A DNA stretch of 64,000 bases from the human T2T-CHM13v2.0 reference genome, Homo sapiens. Both the position numbers and the translations under genes were made by a program. The stretch lies in NCBI RefSeq assembly GCF_009914755.1, contig NC_060934.1; one strand, written 5' to 3'. Numbering within the stretch: position 1 is the first letter of the stretch; every line of letters begins with the position of its first letter. Shown one piece after another: positions 53,031 to 64,000 of the stretch. The notes beneath the pieces are model-generated. The model was not told the DNA's origin, made no database searches, and saw only the letters and a list, made by a program, of their open reading frames with translations.

Positions 53031-53884
53031 AACCCTTTTAATGATTACATAACATCCCATCACATGGATGAAGCCTAATGTTCTTAACCAATTTCCAAGT
53101 GGCATACACTTAGGTGATTTCCAATTTTTCATAATTACAAAGATGCTGCAAAAACTTTGAACATAAATACTCATGTACGTCTCTGATTAATTCTTTAGCA
53201 AATGATCACATTTCCAATGACAGGGAGTTCAGCAGGACTTTGCCCCTTCTCAGACCCATCTTTGCTTCTCAGTCAAGTGGTTCTAAATAAAACCATCACA
53301 AAATCCTTTGCCATATTGTGGAATGCTTTCAGCATGTTCTCTTTCCACCAGACCATATGTTGACCCAGATAAGTTAATCCCTTTCTCCAGCGACATGGTT
53401 TGTCCACTGGGATGTTTTTCACCCTCATTTCCATTCTTCCTCCGCACCTGCTCATGGCTTTTGCATCCTCCGCAGCTTCTTGCACTGTGCTTTCTACTTT
53501 CTCTCACTTTCAGCTGCTTTTGTCCACACACCTTTGAAGCCTTGGGATCCATGTCCACTGAGGCTTTCAACTTGTGAAGATCAATGTGCTAGAAGAAACA
53601 GCCATCTGCTTCTTAGCACCCCACTCGTCAAAATAAAATATCATGCGCACACACAAGCTGAAGCCTTGACACTTCACTGTCAGAAAGCAGAAACCAGTGC
53701 TCGTGTGTTTATCAAACCCTGAAGACCACTTGCATGAAAAGCCCCAGAAGTGCTTGTTAAAATTTAAATTCCCGGACTGCACCTCAGACTCACTGTGCTA
53801 AAATCTTAAGGGATAGGGACCAGCTCTCCAATGATTCCACTACTTATGAAAATGTACAGACTTCTGTAATTACAAGAGTTATTT

Positions 53885-54040
53885 GTTTTCTTTTAGAGAC
53901 ACGGTCTTGTTCTGTCACCCAGGCTGGGGTACCGTGCCACTCATAGCTCACTGCAGCCTCGAACCCCTGAGCTCAAGCAATCCTCCTACTTCAGCCTCCC
54001 AAAGTGCTGGGATTACATGTGTGAGCCACTGCACCAGGCA
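53885..54040 (-). mobile_element. FRAM/FAM-type Alu monomer
   Basis: Single monomer with right-arm insert. Confidence 0.8.
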
Positions 54041-54104
54041 AGAATTCTTATATCAAAGCTCAACTCTGTGTAAGTTGAAACTGTGACTCTCTTCCCATGA
54101 TGAC

Positions 54105-54400
54105 TTTTTTTTTTTTTAAGACGAAATCTTGCTGTGTCACCCAGGCTGGAGTGCCATGGTGCAATCTCAGCTGACTGGGACTTCTGCATCCCAGGTTCAA
54201 GTGATTCTTGTGATTTAACCTCCCAAGTAGCTGGGATTATAGGCACGTGCCACCATGCCCGGCTAATTTTTTGTATTCTTAGTAGAGGTGGGGTTTCACC
54301 ATGTTGGCCAGGTTGGTCTCGAACTCCTGACCTCAAATGACCCACCCACCTTGGCCTCCCAAGTGCTGGGATTACAAGCATGAGCAACCACGCCCAGCTC
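54105..54400 (-). mobile_element. AluS
   Basis: TSD CCAT(G/C)ATGACTTTTT. Confidence 0.93.
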
Positions 54401-54499
54401 CATCATGACTTTTTAATAAAAAGTCCATTAAGCATGTTTCTAAAATGATAGCAATACTCATACAGTCTACATATAACACAGATTATTTTTCAAATAACA

Positions 54500-54850
54500 T
54501 GGTGTGGTAGCAATGAGAAGAATCACCATCTCTGGTACTCCTCTCTTTTTGTAGCTCTTGCCGTTAAGTTGGAGCCATGTGACTAGGTCTGGCCACCAGG
54601 CTGTGAGGAGGATTTGGTTTGTGAGTCCTCCACACCATGCCCTTTGTAGTGTCCTTTGAGATGTGTGCTGAGATGGTAGTGTAACAAGATAGTGAGCCAA
54701 TGTCAGCTTCAGTCTCTTATGGTCTGAGGATCAAAGCCCCTGTCAACCTTCAGTGGATGTATAGCCACTAAAGTGGATGTGAGCCAGTAAATATGTCATG
54801 GAAATTTTATTTGTCATTGCAGCATAACCTAGTCTTATTCTAACTAATCA
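54500..54850 (+). mobile_element. Old MLT1 LTR
   Basis: CCATGTGACTAGGTCTGGCC...TGCAGCATAACCTAG..TAACTAAT. Confidence 0.65.
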
Positions 54851-55028
54851 ATTGAAACCCCTATTTCTTGTTCATGCATCAGTGTACTTGAGTGTCTTAG
54901 ATTAATTTAACATTAAGTAATGGTAAGTGTACAGTTCTATAATCTGAGCTTTATTAGAATATCGGCTCCTAAAATTAACTCCTATCTTTGCAACTAATTT
55001 TGCCACATTTGAAATTGTGCAAAAAAGA

Positions 55029-55498
<470 letters not shown>

Positions 55499-55844
55499 CT
55501 ACCATTAACCATGACAGGAAACCTCAAATTTCTCTTAAATCCAAAATACATATGTACTTTAAACAATGCAGGTTTCTACATTATTTATTGTTGAGTCAGA
55601 ATCTCATTTTTAATTCCTAAGGATCTCACACACCTCTGGTTGTGGCTCAGTTCTGCCATATATGCTGATATTGAACACAGGGCTCATCTTAAACATGGTG
55701 CCAGCACTTCCGCCTTCTGACAGTAGAAGTGCCTTTCCTCCTCTCCCAACCCAGTCTCCAATTCCAAGGACAATTCCAGTTTGCCTTGTGAAGAGTATTA
55801 GCAAAGACCAACTTCTCTTGGAAGTAAAAGGTGTATGTATTTTT

Positions 55845-56410
<566 letters not shown>

Positions 56411-56852
56411 ACTTTGTTGTTGTTAGTGTTGTTGTTGTTGTTGTTGAGAAAGTGCTAATTGTTTCATGCTAGTACATGAGTAGATATTATGTTTCCTTAT
56501 GCAAGAATTATCTTCTAGTGTCTTCTAGAATTATCTAGTATCTTCTATGATCCTTGAGATTAATATCAAAGACATAATTTGAGGGTATTAACTGAGTCAG
56601 TAACTACTTGCTACTGATTGCTGTGGGGCAGCATTACCCAACAGTTGAGACACAATTGCCTTTTGGATGAGGATCAAATAACGTAGATTCACACCAAGAA
56701 AAAGTTATTCCCTTTACAATCCTCTCCTGATCTTTCTGGTTGTATCAACCAGGATGTCTCAGGTTCACAATCAGGTCTTTAACAGAAGAAAGAAAGAAGG
56801 ACCAAGAGCAGAAGAAAGAAGGACTAAGCTCCCTCTACACCCCTTGGTATTA

Positions 56853-57641
56853 GAGCTGACCTTTGTCAGGGGCTGTATTAGTTCATTTTCACACTGCTGT
56901 GAAGAAATACCTGAGACTAGGTAATCTATAAAGGAAAAGGGGTTTAACAGATTCAGTTCCACATGGCTAGGGAGGCCTCACAATCGTGGAAGAAGGCAAA
57001 GGAAGAGCAAAGGCCTGTCTTACATGGCCACAGGCAAGAGAGCATGTGCAGGGAAACTGCCCTTATAAAACCATCAGATCTCCTGAGACGTATTCACTAT
57101 CACGAGAACAGCACCTGCCCCCATGATTCAATTACCTCCCACCAGGTCCCTCCCATGACACTGGGGATTATGGGAAGTACAATTCAAAATGAGATTTGGG
57201 TGGGGACACAGCTAAACCATATCAGGGGTGCTGAACCCCACGCAGTTGAAAATCCATATATAACTTTTGACTCCTCCAAACTTAGCTACTAATAGCCTGC
57301 TGTTAACCAGGAGTCTTATCAATAACATAAACAGGCAATTATTAATATATATTTTGTATGTTGGTTCTGCATATTATAGACAGTATTCTTACAATAAAGT
57401 AAGCTAGATAAAATAAATGTTATTAAGAAAGTCATAAGGAAGAGAAAATATAGTTACTATTCATTAAATGGAAGTGGATCATCATAAAAGTCTTCATCCT
57501 CGTCATCTTCATGTTGAGTAGGCTAGGGAGGATGGGGAAGAGGAGGGGTTGGTCTTGCTGTCTCAGGGTTGGCAGAGGTGGAAAAAGTCCATGTATAAGT
57601 GGATCTTGCAGTTCAAACCCATGTTTTTCAAGGGTCAACTG
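56853..57641 (-). mobile_element. Tigger2a DNA transposon interrupted by THE1
   Basis: Reverse complement starts CAGTTGACCCTTGAAAAACATGGGTTTGAACTGC. Confidence 0.85.
56874..57224 (-). mobile_element. THE1 solo LTR
   Basis: TGTATTAGTTCATTTTCACACTGC...AAACCATATCA; TSD GGGGC/GGGGT. Confidence 0.92.
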
Positions 57642-58716
57642 TAGTTATTTGAGTCTCAAGGCCAGCATTTGTTTCTCTGCAGCAAACACAAGTGTTGGGC
57701 CACGAAAAGTAGGGAAAAGATTTTAAAAAGAGGTAGCAAGAACTGCTTTGCTCTATTCTGTTCCTTTTCTTTTTTTTATCTTATTTTTATTTCAATTTGT
57801 CTCCTTTACTTTATTTATGGAAGCATAACCTCTGGTTTCTATTTTCTGTTTGTCTATGCCTTGTTTGTCTAATCATTTAGCATATAAATCACACATTTTT
57901 CTGTGTTGTCGATATATTTCAGAATCTGATTCAATTTAAGAACACTCTCCTTGGAAAATCACAGCTATACTATACTTAGAATTTCAAATTAAGTAATTTC
58001 TTTAAGAATCAGATATTCTTTCCTCAACTAAAAGTCTTCAGTTCACTTTCCCTGATGTATTCCTCTGAAATTCAGTCGCCCCTTAAAAATCTGACTCTGG
58101 CATTTTTTTTAGGTCTTTTCAATAACAGGTTCTTGATGTTGACTCAGAAATCTTTATTAAATATGAGGCTAAGGTGGTGGAAAGAGCATGGACTTTGGGA
58201 TAACCCATACTTGGATTAAAGACGTACTGGCTTTAATGCTTATTAGCTATGTGACAAAGACAGATAAAATCTATTAAGCGTCTATTGCCTCCTCAATTAA
58301 TTGCTTCTCTTCTACGGACAAGTAAGAAATAGAGGAAGGATGTTAAGACTAGCAGTTTTGGCCTGTGGCTGTATCCAGCAGTCTTTTTAGAATGGATAAG
58401 CTTTTAGCACTCGATGTCACCAGTATAAAACTTGATGGAACTCCAAGACAACCAAAAATTTAAAAATTAGTATTATCTCATAAGCAAAACAGAAATTCAA
58501 ATCATAAATATTATGAATTAGCGTTAGGAGATTGAACTGATGCCTCCAAAGGATTACTTCTTCTTTTCCATCTTTTTCTTTTGAGAGATCCGTTTACACG
58601 GCTTACTGATTTTTTTTGTGCATATTTTTATTTCTTCCTATCATTGCAGTACTTGCTCTCTATGCTTTCCTTTCTCTCTCATTACTTTAAAATTCCTTTT
58701 AAAATAGAAGAAAACT

Positions 58717-59350
<634 letters not shown>

Positions 59351-59644
59351 GAAGAAAACCTTCTGACTTCAACACTATATCATTTATCTCATCAAAGGTC
59401 TTTCAGGTCCTCTCAATTTCTTATCTGTCTAAGAAAATAGAAAAGAATCTCAACTCCCATTCGGCTCTTCCTCACTGACTCAGTCCAACTACTTTCCCAC
59501 TGTATACACAGAAAGCCCTACTTCATTCTAGTCAGACTAAAATGACTGGTAGTGATCTGTCATTATTCAATGCTCAAAGTCAAAGATTTCAAATAAAATA
59601 TAAAGTTAGAAGATTCTTCTGTAAATACAAACAAGTCACAGAAC

Positions 59645-60478
<834 letters not shown>

Positions 60479-60941
60479 TTACAAAGCTCAACTCTGAAAG
60501 AAAACTTCAAAGGGAAATATGAATACATTCTCTTGTCCTGACATAAAGGATTGATCATGGTTGTTAGGTAGTTCTGCCTTATTCTTCTATTTACCTTTGT
60601 GAGTTTAATGCAAATCATTCCAGAATGTCAGAAGGTGGTATCTATTTTTGATATTGCTTCTCCAAAATGACATTAGAAAAACATGGTGTAGGTGGGGATT
60701 CTTGACAGCCATATTCCATTAAAAGGGTGTTGATAAGAGTATTCCATTATCAGGGTCAATTGGCTACAAGGGGAGAGAAAAAAAAAAGGCCAGGGGGAAT
60801 TATAGTTCCAGAAAAGTCACCCCTTCCTCACATTGGCCCATATTTTTGGGTTATCACAAAAGGAAAGTAAATAGGACTTAAGTGTGAGAAAGGGAAAAGA
60901 TTTGTTTGGGTGACATCTGAGGGAAGGTGTAAGACTGGGAG

Positions 60942-61075
60942 AGCTGGGTGTGATGGCTGCGCCTGTAGTCCTGGGTACTTGGGAGGTTGAGGCCAGAGGA
61001 TTGCTTTGGCCCAGGAGTTTTGGACCAGCCTGGGCAATGTAGTGAGACCCCATATTTTAAAATATATATTAAAAA
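60942..61075 (+). mobile_element. FLAM-type monomer
   Basis: Single monomer, TSD AAGACTGGG. Confidence 0.8.
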
Positions 61076-61088
61076 AGAAAAAGACTGG

Positions 61089-61365
61089 GGCTGGGTGTGG
61101 TGGTTCACGCCTGTAATCCCAGCACTTTGGGAGGCCGAGGCAGGTGGATCATGAGGTCAGGAATTCAAGACCAGCCTGGCCAAGATGGTGTAACCCTGTC
61201 TCTACCAAAAATACAAAAATTAGCTGGGTGTGGTTGTGGCCGCCTGTAATCCCAGCTACTCAGGAGGCTGAGGCAGAGAATTGCTTGAACCCAGGAGGTG
61301 GAGGTTGCAGTGAGCTGAGATCGTGCCACTGCACTCCAGCCTGGGTGACAGAGCAAGACTCTGTC
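61089..61365 (+). mobile_element. AluS
   Basis: Dimer. Confidence 0.93.
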
Positions 61366-61465
61366 AGAAAGAAAGAAAGAGAGAGAGAAAGAAAAAAGAA
61401 AGAAAGAAAGAGAGAGGGAGGAAGAAAGAAAGAAGGAAAGAAAGAGAAAGAAAGAAAGAAAGAAA

Positions 61466-61513
<48 letters not shown>

Positions 61514-61537
61514 AGGAAAGAAAGAAAGAGAGAGAGA
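61366..61537. repeat. (GAAA)n/(GA)n polypurine microsatellite (Alu tail)
   Basis: About 170 nt of purines only. Confidence 0.95.
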
Positions 61538-62224
61538 CTGGAAGAGGTGTGAATGCAGGCATGTGGCTGGGTCTTCGTTCCAGCTGGAAAGCCAACTCTT
61601 CCCCTGCTCAAGCGTGAGAGGTCGAGTGTCAGCTGAGTTGTCATTGGAAAGTTAGAATAATGGAAGAGACTCAGAGGTGGTGCAGGGGATTATGAACTTC
61701 TTTCTCTACTCTTCTTTCTCTGACTGCTATGATCAGAGCTTGCCTGGTGACCATGGACCAGTCTCAGGGTGCAGAGGCTTTGCCTGCACCACAGAGATGA
61801 CCTTGCCACAGGTCATGTGCGTTCTCCACTTTCAGACACAGAATTTGGTGTGCTCTTCTTGCAAAAGGGCATGCCGGCTGTAGTGAACACTGTAATGTAC
61901 CACCCAGGTTCCCCTTCAGGAATGAAGGCCTCAGTCCCAGAGCTGTGGGAGGTTCTGCCAGGAGACAGCTGTCATTTTCGGAATTGCCTCAGCTGAAAAA
62001 CCTTACCCACGGTCATTCGCCCTTCCCAGGGTGGCCCATGTCCAGTGACTAATTGACACAGCCTCTCACTCAACTGCGACAGCTCTGGAAGGCATTCCTG
62101 GGTTCAGAGCTCTCAGTGATTACAGCATTTGTCAAAACTCCATCCGAGCCCAACTTCTCCCTTTGCCTAATCCTCCCTGTCCTCTCTCCTTCCTTCTCAA
62201 GGTAAGCTCCCAGGAACACTCCTT

Positions 62225-63311
<1,087 letters not shown>

Positions 63312-64000
63312 CAGGAACACTCCTTAATAAAGATCCTGCCCACTAGTTTCCATCTCAGATACTGCTTCCTGGGGCAACCCAACCTTAATATTCATATTTG
63401 CCTTACTATGCTGACAACAATTGCATCCACTTTCAGAAAACTGTCTTCGATATGGTACAATTTCTTGAGAGACTTCTGATTGTTGACTGTTAATAAGGAG
63501 CTAGTGTGATAAAATAAATAATTAAACTGGTAATTATTGTTGACTTTCATTTTGAAAATGACAATCTTTAAAAAATGGAAGACTTAGATATACAGGAAAG
63601 TGAACTTGGAGTCCAAGGGGCTATGTCAGTTACACAGCACAAGCCTCTCACTGGCCAAGCAAGAAGCGATGTCAGGGAACAACCCTGGTCCTTTCAGCGC
63701 CAGTTCACTGCTGGTAAATGTTAAATATTTTGTTGGTACTTAGTTTAGCTCCTATTTGCTCCTACACTAGAGTGGGAAAATACACATGAGCAAACTCAAA
63801 TGAAACTACAACTGCCCCACCCCTCCCACAAAGACAAAAGGAAAAACCTCCCAACTCATAGGCACTTGTGTTTGTGTAGGACTGGAAGGGAGGAGGAGAA
63901 ATTGTGCAGTTACTCAGCAGTGAAGGTAATGTTGATGGTGGAACTGCTAGTGACCACCAGAAATGCAAAGAAGAATGTCAACTCCTTCAGCCTCAATAGA

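Noticed and set aside
61144-61655. KER-rich and FLS-rich ORFs
   Set aside because: Translation of the (GAAA)n microsatellite.

Overview
Primate (hominoid-like, probably human or ape) nuclear DNA, intergenic or intronic. I see no intact protein-coding gene, rRNA/tRNA gene, CpG island or CRISPR array. The only gene-derived sequence is a full-length processed RPSA (40S ribosomal protein SA/laminin receptor) pseudogene at 8727-9758 (+). The rest is a dense transposon record: about 65 Alu elements or fragments, several old L1s (one near full length, one 5'-inverted), L2/MIR, solo LTRs (MER51, LTR2, truncated LTR7, MLT2 x2, THE1 x2, LTR47-like, LTR16), two ERV-L internal relics, and DNA transposons (MER82/Tigger, MER47, Tigger3 x2, Tigger2, MADE1, MER20). 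Almost all ORF-track entries are repeat-derived. I found no convincing new biological system. The best leads are structural: a perfect 125-bp duplication making a three-arm Alu, an Alu-Alu recombination that deleted part of an LTR7, one target site used twice (RPSA retrocopy plus Alu), a twin-primed L1, a CTCF+YY1 site and a CRE created by micro-duplication. Repeat names were assigned from memory of consensus sequences, so subfamilies and old-element boundaries are approximate and need RepeatMasker/Dfam confirmation.
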